Below are positions 24,901-38,110 of a stretch of DNA of 64,000 bases, in pieces. The position numbers and the translations under genes were made by a program. The notes beneath the pieces are model-generated. The model was given only the letters and a program-made list of their open reading frames with translations, made no database searches and was not told where the DNA came from. The stretch's first letter is position 1. Each line of letters opens with the position of its first letter. The stretch covers positions 94,056,001-94,120,000 of the forward strand of contig NW_024704742.1 in assembly GCF_018977255.1 (NCBI RefSeq). The letters are read 5' to 3'. This stretch comes from Callorhinchus milii. Taxonomy: Eukaryota.

Positions 24901-25609
24901 TCTAATAAATGATCTAATAAAATGGTGGAACAGACTGAACCCTGAATGATCTGCTCGTGGACCCATCATCATATGTACTGTGAGCTCAATAGCACCATAA
25001 ATTTACTGTTAAACTGCAAAGTAAATCGCTTTGAGATCGCATAAACGCAGCAGCCCTTATGGCATCGTAAAACATATAAGTACCACAAACCATTTGCACA
25101 AACCATTATTAGTTATTTACAACCACCCACCATTCTATGTATAATGCACAAATCACTAAGTAACCAAATGGATGGGAAGCCCCATTGTAGCAACAAGAAA
25201 ACAACACTTGCTTTAACCAGTCATCTCGCTACCAGATGTACTGATTACAGCCATCACTTGTGACAAAACACAATGGTTTTGAAACATTTCTGTACCACTA
25301 AATCACAACAGCTTTAAGGGTTAACAGTAAAAAAAACGAACTGAGTTTCATTTTTGAGAAGGGATTCTTCAAGAGCACTTCATACTATCTCAGGAATTAC
25401 AGAACATAAATGCTTCCACATTTTCTGAGCAATTCTGGACATGTGGTGAAACACCAGCAATGTTTTATTGATACGCATTTCGCTAACTTAAAGTCTTTAT
25501 ATTCAGCCATTATTCCAAATTTCAATCCTGCCCAGCACAACAGAAGACATTCACAAGTTACAATTACCACAATGAATCTTACAATTCACAATATTTGTGA
25601 ATATCGTGT

Positions 25610-26040
25610 CAGCCTGGTTCATTTGGAAAACCTCTCGCCTCGGAGTCAGAAGGTTGTGGGCTCAAGCCCCACACCAGGACTTTGAACTCACAGAGCCCAA
25701 GCTGACAATCCAATGCATTACTGGGGGGAGCATTGAATTCTTGGAGATGCCATCGTTTGAATGATGCATTCAATCCCAATCCCATCTACCTCCTTAGGTG
25801 GACCTTAACAATCCCATGGCATTATATGAAAAGAGAAGGGAGTTTTTTCTGGTGTCCAGGCCAACAATCCACCAATAAAATTGGTCACTCACTTCATGAT
25901 TGTTTGTGGGAGTTGTGTGCAAATTGGCTGCCAGGTTTGCCTAAAAATACAGTTACTACATTTTACAGTAAATCCTGTAAAGTGTTTTGAGATGTCCACC
26001 CAATGTGAAAAGCACTAAATCAAATTAAAGACTTATTATT
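25610..26040 (+). mobile_element. Older long SINE with Deu-type central domain
   Basis: tRNA-like head (ctctcgcctcggagtcagaaggttgtgggctcaagcccc), central ggtggacc..aatcccatggc..tgtccaggccaac block and L2-type tail; resembles SacSINE1/AmnSINE1-like elements. Confidence 0.75.
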
Positions 26041-26769
26041 AGAGCTAATAAGATTACAATGTTCCAAATGGGGCCTCACCAGTGATCTATTCAAATACGA
26101 ATAACTTGCTAACTGGAAAGTTTCAATAAATGATCAATAATCTTAACCAAATCTTCTTCCTTCAACACCTGTGATATAGTCACAACTTCATTATGTGCAT
26201 GCTTCTCATTGCAATACCTTAGTTATTTACTGTTTTGTCCCATCTCACTCGGCCCAAATTCGACTGACTAGAACAATGCTGCAGTCTGCCTGTTATACCT
26301 GATTAACCTCATTCCCTCCTGAAGATCAATAGAACCTGAGTAGAGAATATGTCAATCTGTGAAGAGTAACAATGCACAAGCCAGCAGACAAGTTGCACTT
26401 TATAGTAGATCTTTGCTTTAAAGAAACAAGCACTGATGTTGATATGATGACCAGAAAAACAAAAACAGTGTAGTAACCTTTACTTTGATATCTCCATCAA
26501 AATCCATCTCTACAATACAGGGCCCACACAATGAACTCTACTAAGATCAAACAATGCTCAAAATAAACTTCTGGCTCAAAAATTGTTTCCATTTTTATCA
26601 AACTTGAGTAAATCTGAACTTAAGAACTAGTTACAGCAAATCCTTAATTCTCAGCCACTTTAGGCATTTAATTTCCCTTGCAGCTTTAAAGTTGTTCAGA
26701 TTTTTTATGACAAATATTTCAAGCAGAAAAATGTTAATGAAGCTGTCTCTACAGCCTTGCACAACCATA

Positions 26770-27100
26770 TCTATGTGATCTCCTGTCACCCTACTTCCCC
26801 AACTCCTTCTTCCACTATACCAATCCGCTTGCTCTGTTCCTCCCCTGCAATGCCCTACCAATAGTGGACGAGTCTACAGCTCTCTTTCCCTGCCTTCTGG
26901 ACTCCTTGTTACTCAATATAACTCTGCCTTTCCCCTTTCAAATCCTGCTTGAAGAGCTGCCTCTTTCTGTGCCAACACCTCCCCTCCCCCTTGAGTCCCC
27001 CAACAATCCCTCCAAACTCCCCCTGAGCTAGCTCCCAACTTGGGCTCCCATTCAGTCTTTGTGAAGCTCTTTGAGACATTCTCCCAATGTGAAAGGCACC
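26770..27100 (+). mobile_element. L2 3' fragment
   Basis: C-rich 3' UTR ending gtgaagctctttgagacattctcccaatgtgaaaggcacc. Confidence 0.6.
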
Positions 27101-27719
27101 AAATAATAATAATAATAATAATCCTTGCATTTGATTTAGTGCTTTATCAAGTCATTGAGACTTCTCAAAGCGCTTCACAGAATATATTATAAAATTGATT
27201 GACTGTATATTGTGGGTGAAACGCATGGAAAATAAGTGAAAGCTGGCGTTGCTTTCTAAGAACTCGAGTTGAAAATCCTTACTAAGTACCACATTATTCT
27301 TTATAAGATTAAGTGAAAATATGCTACTGATCTGTTAAGGCTTATAGTGCAAGAATCAAGAAGTTCTGCACCAAATACATAAAGTGAGAGAGTCATGTAA
27401 ATCTCTTACTCCAGCACATATCCAGTTGCCTCCTTCGTAATAACCATCATTTTAAAAAAAAACTTTGCGATCATTTCACTAATGCTTAAGCAAAAGTGTT
27501 AGAGCTCTATGCAGCTGCCAACCCAGTTAATCGGTGAAGTGAAAAATAATTTGGTATAGTGTCTATCAAGTTTTCCTAAATGCCATTAACACATTTTAAT
27601 GATATTGTACAGAAAAGAGCTAAGTGAAAAGAACGAGAAACAAGTGGCAGGAAACATATTTACTTAAACTACCTTTCACATTTTTATAATAGTAATAGTT
27701 GCAGTTTATATAGCTCTGA

Positions 27720-28150
27720 ATGAATGACCAATTTCATGTGGAAATTGTTGGCCTGAACACCAGAAGAACTCTCTTCTCTTCTCGAATAGTGCCATGGGAT
27801 CTTTAAAGTCCACCTGAACAGACAGACAGGACCTCAGTTTAACATCTCATTCAAAAGACAGCATTTCCAACAATGCAGGTTTATATTGGAATGTCAGCCT
27901 AGATTGTGAGATCAAACCCCCGACTTGGGGCTTAAACCCACAACCTTCTGATTCAGATGCAAGAGTGCTACAAACTGAGCCAGGATAATTTGCTGCATTA
28001 ATTTTTTTTTAATATTAGTAATAATCCTTGATTTGATATAGCGCTTTTCACGTCTTCTAGACGTCTCAAAGCGCTTCACAGAATATACTGTAAAGTGAAT
28101 TGACTGTATATTTGTGGGCAAAACACACAGCAATTGGCTGCCGCATTTTG
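27720..28150 (-). mobile_element. Deu-type SINE (27720-27985) plus 5'-truncated young SINE (28015-28150)
   Basis: Reverse complement of the same head, core and tail blocks seen in other copies. Confidence 0.75.
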
Positions 28151-29813
28151 CCTTATGTTCATATTTGCTAGTGCAGCAAATATGAACATAGAACACAAGA
28201 CTAGAAAAGTTTATTGTGATCCTTGTGCCTGATACCAAAGCAAAAATAAATGTACACTACTCTGCATGACACACCTCTCAACAACAACAAGATTACATTT
28301 GTATAGCAATTGGTTTATTTGCCAAATAACAATCTGTACCACCTATTCACTATTTGCTTTGTAAAGTATTAAATGTGAACCCTCTGTACATTCCTTCTTC
28401 TGAACTGGATTCTGTGTACTCTTGTTCTAGTTATTCTGACCAAGTTAAATCCTTTATTCATCTTAATTATACCTTGAAGGATCTTGAAAGCCTAGAAATC
28501 AGAGAAGATTGCCTTCTGATATTGTGAGGAGAGGGAAACCGTGCAACCCACCCCAATTCTGTGCTAACATATCCTCATCTAGTTTCCCTTCTCTAGCCTA
28601 GGGCACTAGGGCTGCCCAACTACTATGACTGAGATTAGCTGACTTAGTGCTGCACTGAGCTGTGGCCTTTACTTACTAGGTCATTGAAAAACTACAAAAT
28701 ATTTTTCGTACTTTTTCCCACCCACCCCTCTATTCTTGGCTAACATTATTCATTTTGAAGCCGCAAGGAACTTTTTAAAACACAGAAACTGAGTCATCGT
28801 TGAGCTGCACAATGACCTTTAAAGGCTGTTTCTCAGCCTGTCGAAAGTCCAGAATGCAAAGATTGACACAGTTTTCTCTGGCCAGACTCTGAGGCCCCAA
28901 ACACATCTAACAACAATGAAGTTCTGCTGTTGAATGATCAGGGGCACCTGAAGCCAACAGCATTAGGGTGGGCAAACTCAACTGTGTGCCGCACTGGAAG
29001 AATTTAGGCAGCGCCAATCTCTAACATATAATTATATACAACTTTGAATATTAAGATCAGTCACGCAAACCTACAGAACCATGTGTAAATATAGTTAATT
29101 TGTTTTAAACATTGTCCATGTGAAAATGCTACTGCATGGCATTTACAAAACTGTTTGTTTCTCCATTGAATGCACAATTAGCACAATATGTTCATAACAT
29201 GGAACTCTGGAATGAAAAGCATTTTGGAATTTCCGAGGGCTTAGATAAATACTTTTGTTTCCAGTACTGTGCGGTCCACTTCACTGAAGATACAATCTCT
29301 TCTTGGCCCAGCACTGGTTACTGCGCAGTTTCACTTACAACACATTGCACTGTTTTCCAATTAAAATTGCTTTCCAGAGGTTATAATACTGTGTGAGAAA
29401 TTAAAAAGCACAGTTTGGGCTGAAAAGGCTTGTGAGTGTTAAACTTGAGACAATTTAAAAAAGTAAAAAAGCATTAAAAATGCATTTTTATTTTATACTT
29501 ACTGTTGCTATGGTCATACTCAGATGACTATTTAGAACTAAAATTATCAAATTGCGATCTAGTCAACCTACCAACACGCTATGTGGCTACTCAACTGACT
29601 CTGACAATTCTGTGAACCAAATAACCCTTCTGTTCCAAAAGAGGTACATTGGATTTTGTGAATCATTCACACCACGTAGCACAAAACTACCTGATCTAAT
29701 TTTAGGTGTTCCAAATTCATCAATTTTACTGCTAAATAATTCCTACCCCTTTAATACTATGTAGAATTAGATCATATTTCTCCCCAAAACAAGATCATGG
29801 AGTCATGGATCGT

Positions 29814-30119
29814 GGAGTCCTGTAGCTCAGTAATTAGAGCACTAAGCCTCACAAGCAAGAAAGCTGGGTTCGATACCTGGCAGGGCAAACTTGGGCAAGT
29901 TTCCTTACTCCACAAGCCTAATAATAATCACTCAAGAAAAAAAAAATTGGTCACTTCAATCCACGACTGTTTGTGGGACACTGCTGTGAGCAATTAGCTG
30001 CCATGTTTCACCCACAAACATACAGTCAATTTACTTTACAGCATATTCTGTGAAGCGCTTTGAGTCGTCTAGAAGACGTGAAAAGCGCTATATCAAATGC
30101 AAGATTTATTATTATTATT
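29814..30119 (+). mobile_element. tRNA-derived SINE, full length
   Basis: ggagtcctgtagctcagtaattagagc...gggttcgatacc head and (ATT)n tail. Confidence 0.9.
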
Positions 30120-30578
30120 AGACATCATATAATATGGTGACTGCGTCTGCCCACAAAATCAATCACTCCACTTTACAGTATATCCTGTGAAACGCTTTGA
30201 GTCGTCCTTCTGACTTGCAAGGCACTATATCATATATAAGGATTATTATTATTGCAGTTTCAAAACAATTGGATTCCTTTGAGCCCGAAAAGTAATGTTG
30301 AGCTACAAGAAACCAGCAAACTCAGAGCTATAGGAAAACAAGCAATGACTGAGCTATAGTCAACTAAACAATAACTGAGCTATAAGAAACTACCCCTTTG
30401 ATTTTAAACACATGTGAGCTGATTATTTCAAAGGGAATATCGACTCTTTTGCACTAACTGAATTTACAGCTGGTGCATGAAGTGGTTCTGTGAGGTGCAT
30501 TTTTTCACTCTCTCTCTGGTATCGTTTACAAAACATCAGCATTGACAAAACAGTTCAGCGGGCCAGTTAATGAATTAC

Positions 30579-30695
30579 CTCCGCATCCTGCTCCCTGAGG
30601 CAATAGTGCTTCTGTAGCCGCTTCAGAGTTCGGAAAGACAATGACTCCACTTCCAACAGCAATTCCAAGAGTAAAACCAGCTGGTCCGGCAAAAG
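30579..30695 (-). CDS. AOPEP: Aminopeptidase O, third-last coding exon (LLPDQLVLLLELLLEVESLSFRTLKRLQKHYCLREQDAE)
   Basis: 117-nt phase 0/0 exon with acceptor ttttctattttcag| and donor |gtaatt. The peptide matches the recalled human AOPEP C-terminal region (LLPDQLVLLLEHLLEQKTLSPRTLQSLQRTYHLQDQDAE). Confidence 0.96.
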
Positions 30696-31194
30696 CTGAA
30701 AATAGAAAAGTACCATGAGAAAAACGTCATCACTAGCTGGGAGGAGGGGGCTAAGGTCTGTTTCTATGCAGTGCACACATAGTTCATTCCTACACTTGTC
30801 AAAGTCGCACTGTCTAGTCATTTTAAAGCCAACACTCTCCATAATTCAAAGACCTTTATTAGTTAATAAAAAGGCTGACTGCTGCCAGAGAAATGTGAAA
30901 TCAGTCAAGTTCAAAACTATTTGTTGATGAACATTCACGTTTTATATATACTCAATTTGAAAGCAACACCTTATCCCCATAAATATCCAATACTTAAATT
31001 AAAAGAAAATATTACCTTGTAATTGCAAGCTTCCTTTCTCATAAAATATACACGGTAATTTTTCAAAGGCACTACAGTTGATTAAAATAATAGAGATCGA
31101 AAAGGCAATTACAAAACCCCGTGCTGCATCACTCAACTTTCCTCATTTCTAATTGAACTCGTATTTAGTTATACCATAATGTAAAGACAGGAGC

Positions 31195-31380
31195 AGGTGG
31201 CCTACATAGGACTAGCTTTGCACGCTACATTCAACATATGATGGCCAGGGACGGGCTAGATAAGGAGCGCCACTTTCTTTGTGTTCCCATATATGGGAGC
31301 GTAGCATCACGCGTGCTGGTGCTGTTGCCAGCTGTGTTATTTAGCATGACCGTACACTGATGTCCATTTAAGGCACTTCA
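31195..31380. promoter_or_regulatory. Candidate SRF/muscle enhancer (two perfect CArG boxes, one degenerate CArG, GATA, E-boxes)
   Basis: CCATATATGG 31287-31296, CCATTTAAGG 31364-31373, CCTACATAGG 31201-31210, AGATAA 31258-31263, CAGCTG 31329-31334. Locally CpG-retaining and not part of a recognisable repeat. Confidence 0.6.
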
Positions 31381-32279
31381 AAGAGGAACGGTCACTCTAA
31401 AGTTAGCGACATTGTCCAGCATAGCAGCAGCGCTCCAGCAAATTCTATAACGACGTTCAAATCTTTGTTGTAAAGGATACTTTTTCACACCGACACTGGA
31501 CATACTTTGGTTGCCTGCAGTTTCATAATGAAACAGGTTAGTGATGACCCCCCTACCCCAACCATCAAAATAACCTATTCTACGGACATTCTCTCATTAG
31601 TCCACATTTTACTGGATATTCTGTGTCCTATTAAAGGTTCCTTTTCCACACCGTTGGGAGAATGAGCGATTTTTTCTTAGACAGGTGTAAAATTAATGAG
31701 GTCCTGGTAGGTTGTTTGTGTTCTTGCCTTTTTGGGAAAAAAAACAGACTGCAGCCAAAGTCAACTGCTTGTGAATACTTGTGCTCATCATGCAATTAAC
31801 TTCAGAAAAGCACTCATTCCTAGTTCCCATGGGCCTGTCAACACACTGTGGAGGCACAGAATTCTCACTGCACTCACACACTCAATTCCATCCAAATCGT
31901 CTGGAGGACCTGTTCCCCACCCACGTATACATCTTGAGATAATGACAGCATCAACGTACATTTATATATCGCCCTGGTTAGCGTCTCAGAGCACATGACA
32001 GGGGCGGGGGTTGGGGGTGACTATAGGCACGGTCAAAGAGGAAAGTCTTCAGGTGTGAACTGAAAATAGGGGAGGAGGGGGCAAGGAGGAGGGATTGAGG
32101 GAGCGAGTTCCAAATTTTCGACTAAGGTTTAGGTGAAAATGTAATGATATTTCCGAAAAACAGAAGTGTTCAGTTCAACAGAGGGAGGCTGTGGTGTTGT
32201 TACCATTCCTGGTTACTACGAGGACCAAAAGATGAACAAAAATCTGCAAACAAATGCAACATTTTTTGAGTATATGAAG

Positions 32280-32605
32280 TATGGGGTTCAAGTTCCACAT
32301 CAGGACTTTGAACTCACAGTGTCGACAGACTGTCCAATAAAGGGCTCGGAGAGCACTGCGTTGTCAGAAGTGCTCTCTTTTGGATAATATGTTAAACCAA
32401 GGCACATCTGGCTATTCAGGTGGGCACTACAGATACTACTTGAGAAAAGAAGGGCGTTTCTCCAAGTGTTCTGGCCAACAATCCTCGGATAAAAATTGGT
32501 AATTAATTTCATGGGTGTTTGTGAGACACTACAATTTACAGTACCAATTCTGTGAAGCACATTGAGACGTCTCAATGACATAGGGCAACGTAAATGCATA
32601 CACAA
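32280..32605 (+). mobile_element. Older Deu-type SINE
   Basis: gggttcaagttccacatcaggactttga...gttaaaccaaggcac..ttcaggtgg..ctggccaacaatcc core. Confidence 0.7.
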
Positions 32606-33164
32606 ATTGTAATGGCGCCACTAACTTCACTCAACAACCACTTCCTACACTGCACGTAGAAGAAAGACAAAGCATACAAAAGGCAAGTTTCCATTCACCC
32701 ACTCAAGTTAATGAAAAACATTTAAACAGTAGATTGCAATAATAGATAGCTAAATTAAGGAAAGTGATACGACTATCATGCAGGATAAATGAATTCCAAA
32801 GCCTTGACTCATACAACACAGCAAAAAACAGGCTCAACATTTAAAATTGTTATCATTTACTTGTTGGTCTGTCGCTTCCAAAAACATTTCGACAAATTCA
32901 GTATGTGGAATTAAATTAGATTTAAGAATGATGAATTCTGAATGTTAATAAATTTACGTTAAATAATTTAACATTAATGTTAATTAATTTACGTTAATAC
33001 AGTAAATCTCAATCCAGATGCAAGTTCTACCCAACTGTCATAAGAATTTTCCAATGCAATTATAGGAATTCTCATTTAGCAGCAACCATTTTGCACGAAA
33101 CAATGATCTATTAACAAAACTTCCACCCTCATCTCAAATTTATTTTTATGGGGGGTTAATAGTT

Positions 33165-33320
33165 TGACAAAAAGGATAGAGGGATTAAGGGATATGGGGA
33201 TAGGGCGGGTAAACAGAATTAGGTTAGAAAATCAGCCATGATCTTATTAAATTGCAGGACAGGCTCAAGGGGCCAAATGGCTTACTCCTGCTCCTAAATC
33301 TTATAGTGTTATGGTCTAAT
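33165..33320 (+). mobile_element. CR1 3' tail
   Basis: gattaagggatatggggatagggcggg...atcagccatgatc...ggccaaatggcttactcctgctcct, the reverse of the tail at 56227. Confidence 0.8.
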
Positions 33321-34202
33321 AGACTCACTTTAATCTACAGAATGGAATCGACATAAAAACTGGGATCTCCTCTGTTGAATGTAAAACTTTTACTGAATTT
33401 TACAATAGGTGGCAGGCCGTTGGCATGTTTTATACATTTCTTAACTTAAAAGCATTTAATTTGTTTAATTCTTAACTTCTTTCTCTCAATTTATTTGCTC
33501 TCTTCCCTTTTGGGTCGTTTGTGCAACTCACAATTCCATTGCTATCGTGGTGGGCAGGCAGCAACATGCAACCAGGCATTTGCTGATGCTGCTCTCTGAA
33601 CAGCTAAGAAAGGCACAAGAGCAGCGATATCATAGAATGTTGTTCCTCACTCCCTTTCTGTGGCAAGCACCTTGCCCCTGCTTGCTGTCTTCCTCCAACT
33701 GCAGACAGGATCAGGAATGCACAGTGCAGGAAAATCACAAGCAAAAACCAGCATTCCAACACCCTGTGCTTCACCACATCACCACTCAAATTCAGTGGGT
33801 TACAAAGAATCTCTCACATCAGGTAACCACATTAGAAAATGAATTTCCACATTGTTGGTCCAGGCTTTCTTATAATCCCTTCACGTGCAATTAAAATATT
33901 CTATCATGGATAGAGGGAAGCTGGAAACTTTGGGGTCACTGAACCTTTAAGAACTTCTGAACTGAGATTTGCGCTTCCTTATGTGAAAAGAAACCTTCAT
34001 CTTTGAACTGTAAAATTTCAAAGGCTCAAATCATTACAATGGAAGACTCAATCAGAATCCAGCAGGCAGACCAGCAACTTCAGCAGAATATTTTTTGAAA
34101 TAGATATTTTTTTAAAAAAATACTATTCCAAGCAGCTTCAGGTGAAAGAAATGTGGGTGAGCTCACATTGAAAGGATAAAGATCATCATGCTTCCGATAA
34201 GT

Positions 34203-34513
34203 GGAGTCCTGTAGCTCAGTGGTTAGAGCACTCGCTTTGCAAGTGAACCTGAGTTCAATTCCAGGCAGGTCAGGGTGAAACCTTGGGCAAGTTTCCTTAC
34301 TCCACACGCCTGATAATAATCCCTCCAAAAACAATAATAAATTGGTAATTTTCAATCTACGACTGTTTGTGGGACACTGCTGTGCGCAATTGGCTGCCGC
34401 GTTCGCCCACAAATATACAGTCAATTCACTTTACAGTATATTCTGTGAAGCGCTTTGGGACGTCCTCCCGACGTGAAAAGCGCTATATCAAATGCAAGGA
34501 TTATTATTATTAT
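34203..34513 (+). mobile_element. tRNA-derived SINE, young copy
   Basis: Nearly identical to the copy at 42149-42463. Confidence 0.92.
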
Positions 34514-34645
34514 AAGTACTCCCTGCATTCTTACTCATTTATTTAGCCTACACACATAAGTAGAATTATACCAAACCACTGGATTTCTGAAGACCTAAAC
34601 ATGAAGACTCTTGAGAATCTAAGGGATATTTTAGAGTCTGTGCAT

Positions 34646-34968
34646 ATAATAATAATCCTTGCATTTGATACAATGCCTTATCACGCCTTGAGACATCTCA
34701 AAGCGCTTCACAGAACATACTGTCAAGTGAATTGACTGTATATTTTGTGGCTGAAACATGGCAGCCAATTGCGCACAGCAGTATCCACAAAGAGTCGTGG
34801 ATTGAGTGACCAAATTATTATTTTTATTAAGGGATTATTAAGCCCCGGAAAGCGATCCACCAATCAACAAACAACTGGATTCCTACTTACTGCTAGGAAA
34901 CTTGCCTAAGGTTTCGCCCTGCCCAGGAATTGAATCCGGGTGCCCTAACCACTATGCTACAGGACTCC
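34646..34968 (-). mobile_element. tRNA-derived SINE, variant with internal segment, inverted relative to 34203-34513
   Basis: Tail at 34646 and head ending ...ctacaggactcc at 34968. Confidence 0.88.
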
Positions 34969-37239
34969 ACAGTCTGCCTCAGTATATCATATATCTTGCC
35001 AAATGTAAGGATTATTATTGTTATTATCTTGAGATAAGTGACATTTAGGCTAACAATTTTGCCCTTGGTGGTCAAACAACATGCCAACGCTCACTGTTAA
35101 GGCTGAGCAAACCTACGTCATTCAGTCACAACTCATCACTCACAAGTGAGGAAACAGAGCTCAACTGTTCAGTGGGAACCTCATGAACTTTAGTTTACAC
35201 TGACCATTAGGTTAGTCGGTTAAAAGTTACTCTGGCCAAAGTATGTGAACAAGAACTTGTTTTGACATGTCTGGAAGAAGGCTTCGTACTTTTCTAGTGT
35301 TTAATCACATGTTCCGTTTGTGGGATTTAATGGCACTGGGCCAGTGGTGACCATCCTGTGGCCTTTGGGCCGGAAGTGGCCTGTGTGGCTGACAAGAAGT
35401 GGCCCCCTAAACATTCTCACAAGTCTAGGTAAGTCAGTGTTCATGTGATTTCAATTTTTTCATGATTGTAATTACAGTGCTGTCTTACTTCTAACTTTAG
35501 TCTCCTAGTGCCCTTTCAATACAGTGCTGTCTCAATTGCAGCACTGACTTACTTGTGTCCTCTTGATATAGCACTATAGCAATTATTTGTCAGTTCATTA
35601 GCGTGCTTTTGACATAGTGGTGTCTCACTTATAGCGTTGGTCTCCTGTGGACTAGCTCCATATTGTACACCTGGGTTCCGGTGATGGCGAGCTGGCTTTC
35701 TGTCTTATAAAAGGTCCGACTCCCAATACATCAGATCACCGCTGACCACCATCACTTCTTAGGTGTTCCTCACTGTGCACAGGAAGTGACGCTAAAGTTA
35801 CTGTATGCCTGTGCGCTATGTAAAGGAAGCACCACCGCTGTCAGCAGAGCTTCTTGTGCCTAGCATGTACAGTATACAGGAAGTGATATCAGTAAATGAC
35901 AGCATCAACCTGATGACCTGAAAGTCAGACATTTTTTAGAGCCTCCCTTATAACGTGGGCAGTAAAACAATGAACCTGATTGAGCAAGTGATAAGGAGCT
36001 CCCCTTATAATTACTAACAATTACCTGTAATTGAGCCACGATATATATAGCCTTGTATAAATAAGCATTGTAAATATCTATTATTTAATCCCAAACAACC
36101 ATTAGGATTATTAAACCCCTCAAAACAGGTATTATCAGTGTAATTACATACAGATACACTGGAAGGAAATGGGTCCCTCCGGCAAACCAGAATGGGTCCC
36201 TCTGGCAAACTACTGGCTGTATGAACTCTGCACAAAATGGTACATCAATTCCTGAGACACTTTTAAAAGGTAAATGGTAACTCAACAGATTTTTTTTAAT
36301 AAAACAATGCTGCGTAGAGTTCTGAGAGGTTATGTTGTTGTGTAGAAACTTGCGTTTATATAGCACCTTTCACGTCTCAAAGCACTCAACAATGTTGATA
36401 GGGAAAGCGCAGGGTTCTGAGACGATATACTGGTCTTTAATTCTCCCCCTCCATTCCACGCTGTCTTTATTCCCTTTCTTTTACCCACGAAAAAGCTTAA
36501 TTTCCACACTATTACAATTTTGTAAACACAAGAGATTGCCTAAGGGATAATTTGGTAAGAGATATACCATATTTGGAGATGGTAAATTGATTTTTCACAT
36601 CACAGAAAAAAAAGACTTTGGTTAACTCTTAGATTCATTGCTTTGAGTTCAGGAGAAATCTAACACAGTAGATATCATTAGAACATGCCTTATGGAAAAA
36701 CTCAATGAATTAAATGTCTTCCAGGCCAGATGTGATAACACCAGGATCCTCAAGGAAATGTGAAAGGAAATGGGTGAGGCCTTGGCTAATATTTTTAGGA
36801 GTCGCGTAAACAGTGGAACTGGAGTTCAAATGGGTTCTGGCATCAATCTGCTCAAAATCAAATTCAAATCCCAAATGGGAATTAACTACTGAAGGAATGA
36901 TAACTTTCAAAATAAGCAACATTGGACATTTCCCAACTAGATTTTCTGCCAGAGGCATGTGGTAAACTAATATAGTTCTCATATGGACTCTTAAGGCCCT
37001 AAATTTCATTAACCTAATGCCTGTGAGACCATTTCATCTTAAAATTTATGGTGCAGAATTGCGGACATTTAGCCAATTCAGAAGTCGTTTTTCCGCAGTT
37101 CTAAAAATACCCGTTTTCCAAATTCCAACTAAATTTGAGAATTACGGGGAAAATTCTGGGCCATGGAAAATGGAACCCTCCTGTCGGTGTCCCTTTTCAT
37201 TCAATGAGATATGATCCATTTCGTGTGAAATGAGTCACA

Positions 37240-38110
37240 AGTGGTCATCTGCTGGTCTTTCCAACAGTCCTCCAACAGCAGTAATCTTGCATCTCTGCTG
37301 AAGGACACAGAAGGAGTCAATAAGAGTTCCTTCTTTTTAGCCCCCTTCCTGTCCATTTGGCATCATTTGAACTTATGGTCTCATTTAGTCTATAAGGCAG
37401 TGAAACTAACTGTACTGAACTTGGTGGGTTATTGTGTTAGAGGTCACAAGTAGAATAGGGGGAAATCAGATTTACAGTATTTTGTTTTGGTGGTGTGCTT
37501 CTTGAATCTCTAAAATGGCTTCAATATGATTGTCAGAACCCTTTCACAGGAATGGAGTTCCTTTTCGTGTTCCCAGAAGGAATCCCTGGAATCCTCAACC
37601 CTGGGATCTTCAGAACAAGGATGCTGTTCTGGCAGTGCACAAATCTCTTGGTGGACTGTTATTTATATGAACCTTGGTACAGTCCCTGATTGTTTGATGT
37701 CTTTACTGTAGTTACACTGATCTCTATGCTTCATGTACTAAACCAGTCCCAATGAGACTGGTACAAACCCTCTCATTTGTAAAGTGCATTGAGAGTGCAA
37801 TCTTTTGCCACTTTTCAATCTTTCTGCTTTGATTTGTCTGTAGTTGCATTTCCCTGCACTGAACATTGTGCCCTTGATTTATACATCAAAGACTAGCCTG
37901 CTACAGTCCACGATGTCCCAGTGCCTGTGGCAAGTCTGTCTGACTGCAGAAAATGGCAAAATGCCCCAGTTCTTCCACACCATTTTAATGATAAATCATG
38001 TATAAGGCAAAGGATGCTGGATTCTTCTGATTACTGAACAAAGACACCTCCATCAAATCTAATATCATGCCTAGGACTGGTTATATATTTAATGAGGCAG
38101 TTGCACTCCA
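37240..38110 (+). mobile_element. Possible highly decayed DIRS-type (tyrosine recombinase) retrotransposon relic
   Basis: Scattered motifs in DIRS order: FFLAPFLSIW (cf. LVAPxWP), PWDL at 37599-37610, YEPW (cf. PFEPL). Weak. Confidence 0.25.

Noticed and set aside
32334..32343. Perfect CArG CCAATAAAGG (also an isolated CCATATTTGG at 36567-36576)
   Set aside because: Isolated sites, the first inside a SINE; a few are expected by chance in 64 kb.
32940..33000. AT-rich nested palindromes
   Set aside because: Low-complexity A/T sequence where short palindromes are expected.
37048..37163. Short imperfect terminal inverted repeat (atggtgcagaatt...aattctgggccat)
   Set aside because: Only 11 of 13 matches; possibly a decayed MITE but not supportable.
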